Assembly (NCBI GenBank): GCA_040954595.2
Contig: CM082577.2
Location: 19,256,303-19,320,302 of the forward strand
Reading direction: 5' to 3'
Origin: Balanoglossus misakiensis
Lineage: Eukaryota; Animalia; Hemichordata
Length of the DNA: 64,000 nt
Below the pieces are notes generated by a model, which was given only the letters and a program-made list of their open reading frames with translations, was not told the DNA's origin and did no database searches. Of the stretch, positions 9,327 through 22,576 are shown one piece after another. Within the stretch, counting starts at the first letter, position 1. Each line of letters begins with the position of its first letter. The translations under genes were made by a program, and so were the position numbers.

Positions 9327-10960
9327 GCATATCGGCTTTCGCAACAACAGGTTCAACACTAGCATTGAGAACTCTAACTGGTAAATGGGTAGATCTCGTG
9401 GTCACTAAAGCTTTACATGTCATAATGCCTTGCTCCAGCAATTTACCCCCTTGTACTGGTAACACAACCACTGTAAGACAAATATCCGGGGAAGACTTAT
9501 CTGTTCTCCCCACCCAGGTCGAATGAATTCTCATTCCCTGTGCACACCCACTTCCAACCTTTGCTGGTCCCGCAAACCAAGGTTCACTGGCGATGGGAGT
9601 CCTACACATTTTAGCCGGAATAATCATTTCATGTCCAGGGGGAACAAAAACGTCTCCTGCTACCTTTACACGACAAATGAACGGTTTCATTGTACCAGTG
9701 TTACTACATTTCAACCGTTCCTCTTTAAGTTTAATGACTAGCTCCCCTGTCCCTGTATCAATAATACACCCAATTGAATGTAGAAAGCTTATACCAATAA
9801 TGCCATCAGAGCATAGTTCAGCTACTAATACCGGAGAGATAGCCCTAGCCCCACCCAAGCAGATATCTAGGTTAACAACTCCACTAACCATAAGTGGTGT
9901 ACCATCAGCTTGGTTCACCTTTACATTTATTGGTTGCAATGCACCGTGAACTCCCACTGAAATTTTCCTATACATTTCTTCTGATATCACCATATCAGTT
10001 GCTCCCGTATCAACCAGAAAATTCCCCGATACACCACCGGCAGAGGCCTGTATGTACATACTTCTGACACTTGTATTGTTATTAGCCGGTTGAATTTCCC
10101 TAATATTTCCAGTAGTCTGCACACACTGATCAACTGCCTCCCCTTTGGGTCCATACTGGTTGGCTGAGGGTTGACCCGACTTCCGCTCAGCCCCTAATCG
10201 TTTCCGGAAACCTTGGGTCGGGTGGGACAGTCCCGCTTCAGATGCCCTGATTCATTACAGTGCCAACACAAACGGCCACCAGAGGGCGCACCACTCTGAG
10301 CTTGTCCAGATGTTTTTTTTATACTAGTGTTGACAACACGGGCCTTAACCTTTTGGTCAAGTTCAGCTAATTTGTCGGTGATCAAATCAACTTCTCACTT
10401 GTTTACCCAACCCTTTATTGGTTTCAGGGCCACGGCTTTTCTCTAATAACTGAACATTCTCTTCCCAAACTGTAGCCTGTATAACGTCGTCAAGTGTGGC
10501 ACTGGGGGTCCTACCCGCTTCATTAACACGCCTACGCATAGCAGAATCAGTCAATGAATTGAAAAATGCGTCTATACATAGCCGTTCGAATATGTGACCT
10601 TTGGCATCAGGGTACCCAAGTGTTACCATTTCCCTGATATCCTGTCCAAGCCCACTTAGAGACTCGCTGGGCTTGAGTACTCTTTGTCTTAATTTTAAAC
10701 GATAGGTGTCTTCCTGTCTCCCAAAACCAAATCTATGATCTAGTAGTTTGCACAGTTTCTGGTATGTCAATGACATTCTGTCAATTGATGTTAACAGCCG
10801 CTGGGCTGCCCCATACAACATGGCTTGGAGATACTTCAACTTTTCAACCTCTCTCCACTCATTTATTTCCGCATAAATTTCAAAGTGTGCGAAATAATCA
10901 TGCCAAGCAAGCGATCCATCATACTTATCAGGCTTAAGTATGGACCCGTGTTTACCTGTA
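9327..10960 (-). pseudogene. Decayed gag-protease of Gypsy 2
   Basis: ORFs 10387-10839, 10194-10385 and 9286-10122 are consecutive pieces broken by a stop or frameshift at about 10387; the gag N-terminus is missing. Confidence 0.85.
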
Positions 10961-11374
10961 CATGATTTGCTATAGATCCTTCACTACGCACGGCGATATA
11001 CCGCAGTGCAAAATCGGTCAGTCAATAGTTAAATCACTTCACTGGAGAACACACAATTTCCACCCTCCTGAACCAAATACCTAGAAAACCCTAGCTAAAC
11101 CTTGGAATCGAATTTCCAAACAGACTATCGTTGTTTCCCGTTCCGGCAGATAATTGTTTTGCTACCGTGTAGAGCGGGTAGATGAATCCACCCACATAAG
11201 GAGTATGCCCCCGGCCCTACGCGGTTTGTGCAACGTGCCGGATCGAACAACAACGACGTCTACCCAGTATGCAAGATGGCTACAATATGGTGCCAAAACG
11301 CATACACTCGCCAACACTAACAGAGTTACTTACAGCAGATCTGGAAACCGATGCGTTCACCATGCAGTACAACT

Positions 11375-11394
11375 ATCCCAACCGCTGCACACCA
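11375..11394 (-). promoter_or_regulatory. Primer-binding site (degenerate tRNA-Leu type) of Gypsy 2
   Basis: Minus strand reads caaca-t-TGGTGTGCAGCGGTTGGGAT, close to the tRNA-Leu complement TGGTGGCAGCGGTGGGAT. Confidence 0.7.
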
Positions 11395-11395
11395 A

Positions 11396-12064
11396 TGTTG
11401 TAGTTTTCTCAGCGTAGCTAGATTTCTCGTCGTGGACCCGGTAATGGTAGCATCGCCCACAATGAAATCCTCCCGTACACTTCGACTGGACTACCAACCA
11501 CCTCGACAGGGTCGGATCGCTTGGAATAGTTGTCAGTGAACACCCTCTCACATGTACATTGACGCAGCGCAACACCAGCCGGAATGGTTAACAAGAACAA
11601 CGGATTTATTCGTATTTCGACTGTGTTACAAACTTTCACGTCTGCCCAGTTCGGAGGTGGAAACCCAAGAGAGCGAGAATGAGGTGAATCCTCAGCAAAA
11701 GTAGCCCACCCCAACTATTACCCAATCAGCACGAATGTGAAGTTCACGTGATATAGTCCGGCCAATCACAGTTCCAGCCTACTTCCTGATAGGCTCAAGC
11801 AGCGGTAACTTTGCAAGGTTTTCCATGACATTATTGTGATATATAGGTGAGAAATATATTGGAAAATGTCTTCATTACAAAAATATGTCGTGAAATTATT
11901 GACTAGCAAGAACCATGTGTATATGTATGGCCAAGAGGAAATTTTTAACTTCTAGTTCTGAACATTAACGTTATTGCGCAGGCTACTGTAACCACATTCA
12001 AATAATACATACAATTTTCTGTTGCACCAGTGCTTTGACCTTACAGTAATTAATTACTACTACA
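11396..12064 (-). repeat. 5' LTR of Gypsy 2 (about 669 bp)
   Basis: Bounded by tgttgtagt (11396) and actactaca (12064), an imperfect inverted pair. AATAAA on the minus strand near 11605. Directly abuts the PBS. Confidence 0.65.
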
Positions 12065-12707
12065 CAGGTCAGGAACACTGAGAAGGCGGCCTTAAATTAT
12101 GCATTTGGTATTGGTACATTTCGGATATATCTAAATTGTACCAATTTGAGTCTAGAAATATGTATACCTTAGGTAGCTTTTGTTTTCAAACAAATGGTTC
12201 ATTAGGTATACCTAAATTATGGTTCATTGGGTATACCTATTTATGGCAAAACGACCAAATCCAAGATTTTTTTTCCAACCGAATGAGGCATTTCAGGAAT
12301 ACCTAAATAGTACCTTTTCAATTGAAAAAGTATACTTTTGGTATACCAATTAGTAAATTTAAAGACCAAATCTGGACTACCAAAGGTAGCCCTTTTTTAA
12401 AGCAATAGGTACATTTTAAGTATACCTAAATAGTACCTATTTAGTCCGGGAAAGTATACCTTAGGTATATTTCTAGTGTACTAGAATTTCGTAAGGGTGT
12501 TCCTGCACACCAGTTACTGCTTGCCTTGTTCCTGCACTAGTGCAGCAACACCTCATTTGCATGCGAAAAAGTCGCCTTGCAGCAGAGCTGCAGCAACTTT
12601 CTATTGCACCGGTGCTGCAACCTTGTGGTATTGCTACTGCACCAGTGCAGCAACACTGTGCAGGAGGCCTTAAATTTTCATAAGGGCTATAGGTATGCAC
12701 ATAATTA

Positions 12708-13000
12708 ATGATGTTTGAATATGATACTAGAAATGTACAGTACACTGATACACTGATCAGCTGACCTTTTGTTTACGCATACGCCATTGCTCCGTTCTCG
12801 ATCTGTCTCCGAGTCTGAATTTTTCGCACCTATAGATTTTAAAGATTTTTGAAGTCTGCAAATTCACTGGCATTGACAAAACTATAACATAATAAGTATA
12901 ATGTACGCCCCATAATGTACTCGGCATTCGCCTCACACATTATGTTGCACAATGTGTGCTTTCGTCCATTATGGGTCTTCGGGGCGTACATTATTCTCTA
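12708..13000 (-). mobile_element. Partial hairpin-ended element, same family as 46426-47430
   Basis: Reverse complement of about 46426-46747, with part of one hairpin arm deleted. Confidence 0.75.
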
Positions 13001-13018
13001 ACCAATGATCATTGCTCA

Positions 13019-13497
<479 letters not shown>

Positions 13498-13769
13498 CTG
13501 TTGAGGGTAAAGTAGAGAACACATTAGTGATTTGGCTTACAGACTGACCAACACAGACGTGGACAAGGGTGTTATGTCCATGAAAATCTACCTAAATATG
13601 TACATTCGCAATGGCAGAATTCATGAATGTTCCTGCAACTTTTACTATTAAACTCTGATAAAAGTGAATTGTGGTTACTAGGCAGTGGTTGGTCAGAATT
13701 TCTACTTAGAGTTTCCTAAGTAGTTTTTCCTTCTTTCCTCCCCACAAAGCACACTTCTAAACATTGACA

Positions 13770-16190
13770 GCAAAGTCAGTCTTGTGAAACAAAATTTTGT
13801 AGATGTAAAAAAAATAATCTGTGTGGGCCTTGAAGTACATGTAGAAAATGTTTAAATACAAATCCTGGCACTACTGAAGACCCTGTCACTGATAGACACA
13901 CATTAGAAAGCCACAAATGAGTTATTGTTAGAGGAAATGAATGTAGACAGTGAGGAGGATGAAAATTGAAATAGAAATCAAATTAAAGCTGCAAGCAGCA
14001 TTGAAGGGGCCCAAGCATAGAGTTAATAACCATTAGAATCCATTCAGGGTTGTACCATTCAAATGCGTAGGCTGTATTTGCTCTCGATGTTGAGATATGG
14101 GGAAGTAGGCAACCACCCGAAATGCATGTCCTACAAGAACAAACACAACAACCAAAGGTGAACTTCTCCGTTGTAAGTACTTCAGTAAGTACTTCAAAGG
14201 TCAGGTGAGGGTACCCAAAAATTGGGCCAAAAATTAGGATTCTTATTTGGTTCATATTCAAGACAACGGAAAGTCCTCGCCGTTTGGGTTGGTCAAATTA
14301 GATATGGCCATAATAATGAGTTACGCAAGTAAGTTACAGGTGGCCCCAGGAATTTAGCATTTCATGACGCAGAGGGTCCTACCCTACCCCTCCAAACACC
14401 TGGCTATATATGATGTGCATGCTAACATATGGAAAGCAGGTCAATGGACACCTGAGGTCACCCAAATATTTGACAAAAATTTTTCATTCCTGCTTATGTC
14501 ATGTGCAACAAATCCTACATTTGCAGCCCTTTCACTTTGCCTACCATTAGGTATGCACGTAATACATGAATCAAGCAGGTGTCACAGGTATCCCCCTGTA
14601 TTTGGCATTTTATGATAGTTTCATCCCTCCAAATACCAAAGCTGCACCTGTACAACGTGCTGAGATATGGCACTGTACGACAGAGGTCATCCAAATCACC
14701 TTATACATTTGGGCAAAAACCACCTGACACTTACATTCGTTCCTGTGGAACAAAAACCACACATATCGCCCTGTTGGTTAGTGTCCAATTAAATGTACAA
14801 AATCAAAGACTTAGGCAGGTGCAACAGGTGACCCCGCCTTTGGTATATCATTATGGTCCCATCCGTATATCCCCCCCCCCCCACCACGCCAAAGCTGCAT
14901 GCATCTGCTGTTATTCACTAAGCAAAAGTAGGTGAAATGTCACATAAGGTCGCCCACAACTTGACAGGAAAATCGGACTTCATATTGATCCATGTGCAAC
15001 AAATACCACGCTAGCATCCCTTTCATTGACCCCACAATTACGCATGCACATAATAGAGTTACGCAGGTACGGTGTCACAGGTGACCCCCGAATCGGGCGT
15101 ATTATTTTGGTCCCATACAGCTGCATGAAGCTGCGTGCCATTACGGGGGACCTGATAACCCCCACGGCCACCTGCGGGCCGAACCCAATACTGAACGTCC
15201 AGTTGCAACGTCACGACTGAAGTAGGAACTTTTGAACGGCAACTAAGCCTGATCTCTGATGGAACTATACTCCCTTCGTGCAAGAAAATCACTGGTCTGC
15301 TTACGTATTTCGGCCAATTTCCCGAACTACTATCCACTACATGTGACTACCATGCTAATGATGAAACCTCCCACAACATTAGCGACTAAGGGTCAAAGTC
15401 CGCTGCCGCATTACATTGAATGTTAACCAGTGTAGCCGGGTCTGTGTAGACACATTTGAACGGCAACAGCTAACAAACTCAGCGTATTTCAATAAAACGC
15501 CCTAACACAGCCTGAACTCCGATAATGTGTTGTCCCAAAATTCATTCCGTGGAAAATAATCACTGGTCTGTTTACGTATTTCAGCCGATTTTTCAAGGAC
15601 TACTGCAGCCCGCCTGCTAATGAGATCTCCACAACATGACGTAATGACGTTCAAAGTCCGATGCCCCAGTGTTCGTCCTCAGCCCACCAAAAAATGCGAA
15701 AAAATATTACAAAAATCTTCTTCTCAAAATCAACGTGGCCTAGGACCTTGAAATTTGGCACAGGGGATTTTGGCCAAATGGTCTACAAAAATCGCGAAAA
15801 GAATGTACATGCCCCCATTAACGTGCAAATTAGGTCAATTTGAAAATTTCGCTCGATTATAGCCACCAGGTCACGTGACTAATTACAAATTCAAAGGGCA
15901 GGTGCACCAGTACTCATGGGCCCCAATCACCGTGCCAAATTTCAAGGTCCTAGGCCAAGTCGATTTTGAGAAAAACGGGAGCAAAAAAACGACTCAAGAA
16001 GAAAGAAGAAAAACTCCAGCAATAACAGAAGGGGACCAAGCGCCTGAGGGCGCTTGGTCCCCTAATAACTTTATAAGAGGAGGAAGAATATGATCGACCT
16101 GAAGAATATGTTGTAGAGTTGGAAAAAAGAGATGCATATGAAAATGGTACTAGTGTATTTGAAAATAAACTGGATTTTGAGAAGTGATGT
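13770..16190 (+). pseudogene. Decayed Academ-like transposase C-terminus (Cys-rich finger plus acidic tail), split by a HINE
   Basis: About 13775-13867 translates SQSCETKFCRCKKNNLCGP*STCRKCLNTNP. Acidic coding-like sequence lies on both sides of the 13982-16067 insertion. Same layout as 52137-52540. Confidence 0.5.
13982..16067 (-). mobile_element. Helentron-type non-autonomous element (HINE), family A copy 1
   Basis: One end has the palindrome ggggaccaagcgcctgagggcgcttggtcccc plus an AG-rich microsatellite. The other end has the sub-TIR ggggcccaagc and the short hairpin gctgcaagcagc. A/T flanks, no TSD. Related copy at 52851-54886. Confidence 0.8.
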
Positions 16191-16846
16191 AGAGTAATTA
16201 TAAGCTCGAGCTCTGCATGCCCAGTACCTTGAAAACATGGTATTGACGACACTGAAACCCCCCCCCCCTCAATATGTCAGTGTACCAGTAATTGACCATG
16301 TAAAACCATAAAACATGCATCAGGAATTCTGCACCAGATTGGAAAACTAGCAGCAAAAAAACACCAAATACACTGAAATATGACTGCAAGTGCAATAATT
16401 CGATGTGTTTATTCATACAAAGAAATGTCCCATAACTGTTTAAATCAACTGAGGAAAACGAATAAGAAGGATCAGAGCTGTACAACATATAGAAACGCAG
16501 CTCACCCCCCCCCCCCTAACAGCTGTGTATACGTTTCCACAGCTACACTGCGTGACATGCCTCCAACATTTTGGGACGAACTCCGGTGCAATGAAGCTAG
16601 GGACTTCAAACTTGGCACACACATTTCTTACATATACATGTATGTGCCACGACCTGTAAAGTTTCAGACTGAACAAGTTCGAAATCCTTTTATCTGAAAT
16701 TTATTCAAGCTGCAAACCACTTTCATTGCAACAAATAACTATCTAGGAAAACAATTACCTACAAATTTGAGATTCCAAAGTCGTAGGGAGCCTGTTTCAA
16801 GCCCGTATTTCGAACACGGCGTATCCAGTGTGGAAGGGCTCCCGCC

Positions 16847-18082
16847 CAATCTGATTAAAATCAGATGTAGGGAACGGTTTTTTTATGCTGTCGCCTCACA
16901 CTACATCTGACCAACTCTCAATGGAGATCCCGCTGAACTCTACGAGATTTACTGGGAATATAATCCAATCAGAAGGCGCCTTATAGCAAACGATACATTG
17001 TAGGCATCCCACAATCACATGACCTGGCCCCTTGCGGTTGTTACCATGGAGCTACCACAGACATATATCCCAGGCGCGAGAGTCGAATCAGCGTGGGTAA
17101 TGGTTTCGAGCCGGTTCAGCGTGACGACTGAACCTCTATATTCCACCGGTCAACGGAACGTATAAGACGTGGCAACAAGTCGCAGTAAAATTGTTAGAGA
17201 ATCGATTACAATTGTGTAAGGCCGTCCCAGGAAGAGATTCTGTCGCCACGATCGTTTGTATACACGAGAGTGTACCGACCGACTGCACAGTGCACTGACT
17301 AGCTCTGCGGTAGCTGCGTGCAGGTCTGTGTGTTCCCGGCGTTACACGGACGTTAGAAGAAGTTAATCGCATCATATTTGGGGTCGGTTGAAGTAGACAG
17401 GGAAAGGATTTTGCTTCGATTAAATCGAATTTCGACAGAAAAAGCTGCGGTCGGGCGTCCGGGTCCGGACCGCAGACGCACCAGTTTTGTCTATGGGGCC
17501 TTATGCTGTGGTGCGTCGGGAACACACAGACCTGAACGCGGAGCTATGACTTGACATTCCTTAGCCGAAGTTAGCATTCTTTTTAAAAATCTGTCACATA
17601 AATTGTTTTGGGATACATGGCAGTGAAATTTGGTTTATTTTTTATAAACTTTTACATGAAGTACGTCATTTTCCCGACTGGCAACATGACTACGAGGGCG
17701 AACATGACGACTTATTAGGAGAGTTTATAAATGATCAACGACAGTTCATCATTTGTATATGGCTACAGCTCGACGTTTCACTGCTCTGCGAAAACCACTC
17801 GCATACGATGACGCCAAACAAAGAAAGATATCATGGGATTACATGTAATTGTTCACAAGAGAAAGCCAATCTTTCGTATTCTGTGCGATACTCGAAGTCA
17901 ACAACAACATTTCTCCCATCTCCCAGTGCAATTCTTTAGTCGGCATAACACGCAATCTGATTGGCCGGGTCGGAACGCGAGAGTTCAGCGGGATCTCCAT
18001 TGAGAGTTGGTCAGATGTAGTGTGGGGCGACAGCATAAAAAAACCACGTCGCCGTTCCCTACATCTGATTTTAATCAGATTG
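16847..18082. mobile_element. 1236-bp TIR element with 10-bp TSD GGCTCCCGCC (AcademH-like), containing a nested TAG-type MITE at about 17300-17546
   Basis: About 95-bp TIR caatctgattaaaatcagatgtagggaacgg...gatcccgctgaactc. TSD at 16837-16846 and 18083-18092 (an 8-bp reading is also possible). Confidence 0.8.
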
Positions 18083-18354
18083 GGCTCCCGCCATACTTGT
18101 TTTGAAGGAGAATTGACCTAATTTTGTATGGACAGCGCCCTCATAGTTAGTACCCTCCTTTCAGACTGAAGGTCAATCTCAAGAGCATGGACCAATGGCA
18201 GAGAAAATGCACAATCCAGGGCAGGATTTGGATAGCTAATCGAAAAATCGAAAATAAAATAGGGAAAATAGTGTTAACAGCCCCTCTCGCCGGGTACACA
18301 TGCAATCAGACCATAAGCCTGCATGGACAGCGAGAGGGGCTTTGAGAGAGTCTA

Positions 18355-19742
18355 GACAGAGAGGTCATCCAAATCACCTTATACATTTGGGCAAAAACCA
18401 ACTGACACTTACATTCGTTCCTGTGGAACAAAAACCACACCTATCGCCCTGTTCGTTAGTGTCCAATTAAATGTACAAAATCAATGACTTAGGCAGGTGC
18501 AACAGGTGACCCGCCTTTGGTATATCATTATGGTCCCATCCGTATATGCCCCCCCCCCCCCCCCCCACGCCAAGGCTGCATGCATCTGCTGTGGATGCTC
18601 ACTAAGCAAAAGTAGGTGAAAGGTCACATAAGGTCGCCCACAACTTGACGGGAAAATCGGACTTTATATTGATCCATGTGCAACAAATACCACGCTAGCA
18701 TCCCTTTCATTGACCCCACAATTACGCATGCACATAATTATTGAGTTACACAGGAGTCACAGGTGACCCCCGAATCGGGCGTATTATTTTGGTCCCATGC
18801 AGCTGCATGTAGCTGCGTGCCGTTACGGGCGACCTGATAACTCCCACGGCCACCTGCGGGCCGACCCCCATACTGAATGTCCAGTTGCAACGTCACGACT
18901 GAAGTAGGAACTTTTGAACGGCAACGAAGCCTGATCTCTGATTATTGCTGGTCCCATACTCCCTTCGTGCAAGAAAATCACTGGTCTGCTTACGTATTTC
19001 GGCCAATTTCCCGAACTACTATCCACTACATGTGACTACCCTGCTAATGAAACCTCCCACAACATAAGCGACTGAGGGTCAAAGTCCACTGCCACAATGT
19101 TAACCAGTGTAGCCGGGTCTGCGTAGACACATTTGAACGGCAACAGCTAACAAACTCAGCGTAATTCAATAAAACGCCCTAACACAACCTGAACTCCGAT
19201 AATGTGTTGTCCCAAAATTCATTCCGTGGAAAGTAATCACGGGTCTATTTACGTATTTCAGCCGATTTTCCAAAGACTACTGCAACCCGCCAGAAGTGAG
19301 TACCCTGCTAATGAGACCTCCACAACATTACCAAATGACGGTCAAAGTCCGATGCCCCAGTGTTTGTCCTCAGCCCACCAAAAAATGCGAAAAATATTAC
19401 AAAAATCTTCTCAAAATCGACGTGGCCTAGGACCTTGAAATTTGGCACAGGGGATTTTGGCCACATGGTCTACAAAAATCGTGAAAAGAATGTACATGCC
19501 CCCATTAACGTGCAAATTAGGTCAATTTGAAAATTTCGCTTGATTATAGCCACCAAGTCACGTGACTAATAACAAATTCAAAGGGCAGGTGCACAAGTAC
19601 TCATGGGCCCCAACCACCGTGCCACGTTTGATAAGCGCAGGTGCAGGGGTTTCTGAGAAAAGTGTGGGCAAAAAAACGACTCAAGAAGAAAGAAGAAAAA
19701 CTCCAGCAATAACAGAAGGGGCCCAAGCGCCTGGGCCCCTAA
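18355..19742 (-). mobile_element. HINE family A, truncated copy
   Basis: Matches about 14680-16067 and ends in the gggcccaagcgcctgggccc palindrome. Confidence 0.8.
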
Positions 19743-19787
19743 TCATAGTTAATTTCGTTGCCAGTGCCGGAAGGGCACGGTTCAGCC

Positions 19788-19828
19788 TAGTGTAACGCCG
19801 GGAACACACAGACCTGTACGCAGGGCTA
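19788..19828. mobile_element. 41-bp collapsed TAG...CTA MITE with 9-bp TSD
   Basis: ggttcagcc at 19779-19787 and 19829-19837. The body is TAG plus a single TIR of the 21354-21735 family. Confidence 0.8.
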
Positions 19829-20218
19829 GGTTCAGCCGACATATGTGGCCAAAGGACAGAAATAACTGCATTGTCTTTCTTAGTCTGAAAATGGGTTAGC
19901 CTAATTCAAGATTCATGTTTCAAGTTTCACGTTCCATGGCCCAAGATTCAGCAGTGAACTTGGATTCACGATTCACTTCCAACACTAAACTTATATTCTG
20001 ATTCAGATTCGAGTCTTGTCTAATATGTTTATGCTGCCGTAACCAGGGGTGCTTACGATTGTTTATTGTCCTCGATCCCCGCCCAAGCAAGGTTCCCCAA
20101 ATATTCTGTTCGATTATCGCGTGACGTCATTGTCGGGAATCTCTTCAAGTTCAGTTTCAACAACATTTTTCAAAGAGAGATGCCCCCTATTTATTATTTT
20201 CTAACACATGAATGACCC

Positions 20219-22576
20219 TAGCTCTGCGTGGCAGGGCTGTGTTGTTAATGTTACGGCGAGCCCTCCACCCACAGCCCTGCAAAGCTCCATAGACAAAACT
20301 GGCGAAACTCAGCGGATTTGTATCGGAAGGGTTTCCTTACCAAAAACTGCCGATTTCGAACTCAAAACGTGCGTCGATCTTCGTCACTGGCCTCGATTAC
20401 CCCAGTCGCTAGCAATTTGAGCTAAACTCTACCTGATCATAGACCCTAGAGAAAGAAGGACGTGCAACTGCGGCAAAGATCAAAGGGTTTGGGGATTATC
20501 AGTATGATGATGTTCTTTTGCATATAATTAACACCTAGGACAGTGGCAGGCGTGAATCTCCACTTTGGCATGCGTCAATGTCATTACATGTAGCATATCA
20601 TTAACATGCACCAAAAAATAAAAGCAACTCTGTGATGTGCAACAGTAACCAAAAACTGGCACTTCTATATTTCAGCAGCCACTGCGTTTTTTTCTAAAAT
20701 TCAAAAAGTATTATGTTGTCTGTGCTATTTATTATGGTTTGGTGTTCGTCTGTCGGTTGAACGGTCATTTCTAGTGCCACAAGCTTCATTTAAAAATTGT
20801 AAACAAATCATCCATGTTTTTTGCATGTTCGACTGGGCACTCATATATATAACTTTCTACTAACTGAACGCTAAAAATAGTTTTGCGGCAAACTTTCGCG
20901 CAAAGGCTCCTGGGTAAACTCATTGGTCAGCGAGATTCAAAATGGCGGGGTTCTTAGGAGTCTTCTCGCATAAACATCGAAAATGGGGCTTAACGCAAGC
21001 AATCAGGTCATAGACCCTAGAGAAAGAAGGACGCGCAACTCCAGGTTTTTCTTGAAACGATGTTCTTTTGCATACATTATTTCCGGATAATACCCAATAA
21101 TCCAATTTGCAAATAAACTACATATAAACTAACGCAAAGTCTCGCGTTTTGCGAGAAGTTATCACAAACACCTCACAACATCTCGCAAAAGACGAGAAAA
21201 CTGCAAAGTGGTTGAACTGCAGCGTTCATTTATGGAACACATCTGGACGAGTTAAACACGAATTTGGCACTTCTGAGTCTGACAGCGTCCAAAACAAGCA
21301 TATTTTGTCTAACAGTCCGGGTATTTGACAAGGCTGTGAGCTAACCGTACCTATAGCTCTGCGTACAGGTCTGTGTGTTCCCGGCGTTACACGGCCTCCA
21401 CCCACAGCCCTGCAAGGCGCCATAGAAAAAACTGGTGCTTCTGCGGTCCGGATCCGGACCGCAGCTTTTTCGGCCAAAATTCGATTTTATCGAAGCAAAA
21501 TCCTTTCCCTGTCTACTTCTGCCTCCTAACCGACTCCAAATATGATGCGATTAACTTGTCCTAACGTCCGAACCACTCGCATTTGATTCATTTTTGTGTG
21601 TTTACATGTTGAGATCGCCATATTAAATATAAGGCTTACAGCGAGTTTATCTCCATGGGTAAACAAAAAAGTTTTAGAAAGCGAGCGGTGGAGGCCGTGT
21701 AACGCCGGGAACACACAGACCTGTACGCAGAGCTAACCGTACCTAGGGTTTCCTGCCATCGTCAACCATGAAAAACCAAGATGGCGGCCATAGCGCACAC
21801 GTGAAAATCCACCCAGTTTGTTTACAAATTGTTTTCGTGAAATCTGTTTTATTGTTCACTCAATGCGAAATAAAATGCCCCTAAACCACAATTTTTGTTT
21901 CAATGCTTCACGCAAACATAAAATTATTACGAAAAGTGTCAACATTACCAAGATATATGAGTGCCCAGTCGAACATGCAAAAAACATGGATGATTTGTTT
22001 ACAATTTTTAAATGAAGCTTGTGGCACTAGAAATGACCGTTCAACCGACAGACGAACACCAAACCATAATAAATAGCACAGACAACGTAATACTTTTTGA
22101 ATTTTAGAAAAAAACGCAGTGGCTGCTGAAATATAGGAGTGCCAGTTTTTGGTTACTGTTGCACATCACAGAGTTGCTTTTATTTTTTGGTGCATGTTAA
22201 TGATATGCTACATGTAATGACATTGACGCGTGCCAAAGTGGAGATTCACGCCTGCCACTGTCCTAGGTGTTAATTATATGCAAAAGAACATCATCATACT
22301 GATAATCCCCAAACCCTTTGATCTTTGCCGCAGTTGCACGTCCTTCTTTCTCTAGGGTCTATGATCAGGTAGAGTTTAGCTCAAATTGCTAGCGACTGGG
22401 GTAATCGAGGCCAGTGACGAAGATCGACGCACGTTTTGAGTTCGAAATCGGCAGTTTTTGGTAAGGAAACCCTTCCGATACAAATCCGCTGAGTTTCGCC
22501 AGTTTTGTCTATGGAGCTTTGCAGGGCTGTGGGTGGAGGGCTCGCCGTAACAACATAGCCCTGCCATGCAGAGCTA
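20219..22576. mobile_element. AcademH-like non-autonomous element with ~630-bp TIRs and 9-bp TSD
   Basis: TAG...CTA termini. About 20219-20850 is the reverse complement of about 21955-22576. TSD gaatgaccc at 20210-20218 and 22577-22585. Confidence 0.88.
21354..21735. mobile_element. 382-bp MITE (TAG...CTA) with 10-bp TSD
   Basis: TIR tagctctgcgtacaggtctgtgtgttcccggcgttacacggcctccacc. TSD accgtaccta at 21344-21353 and 21736-21745. Confidence 0.92.

Larger units (their letters stand above)
9327..12064 (-). mobile_element. Ty3/Gypsy element 2, 5' remnant: LTR, PBS, decayed gag, aspartic protease
   Basis: gag KPDKYDGSLAWHDYFAHFE...KLKYLQAML, zinc knuckle CWHCNESGHLKRDC, protease FLVDTGAT...DGIIGISFL. 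Truncated before RT. Confidence 0.88.
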
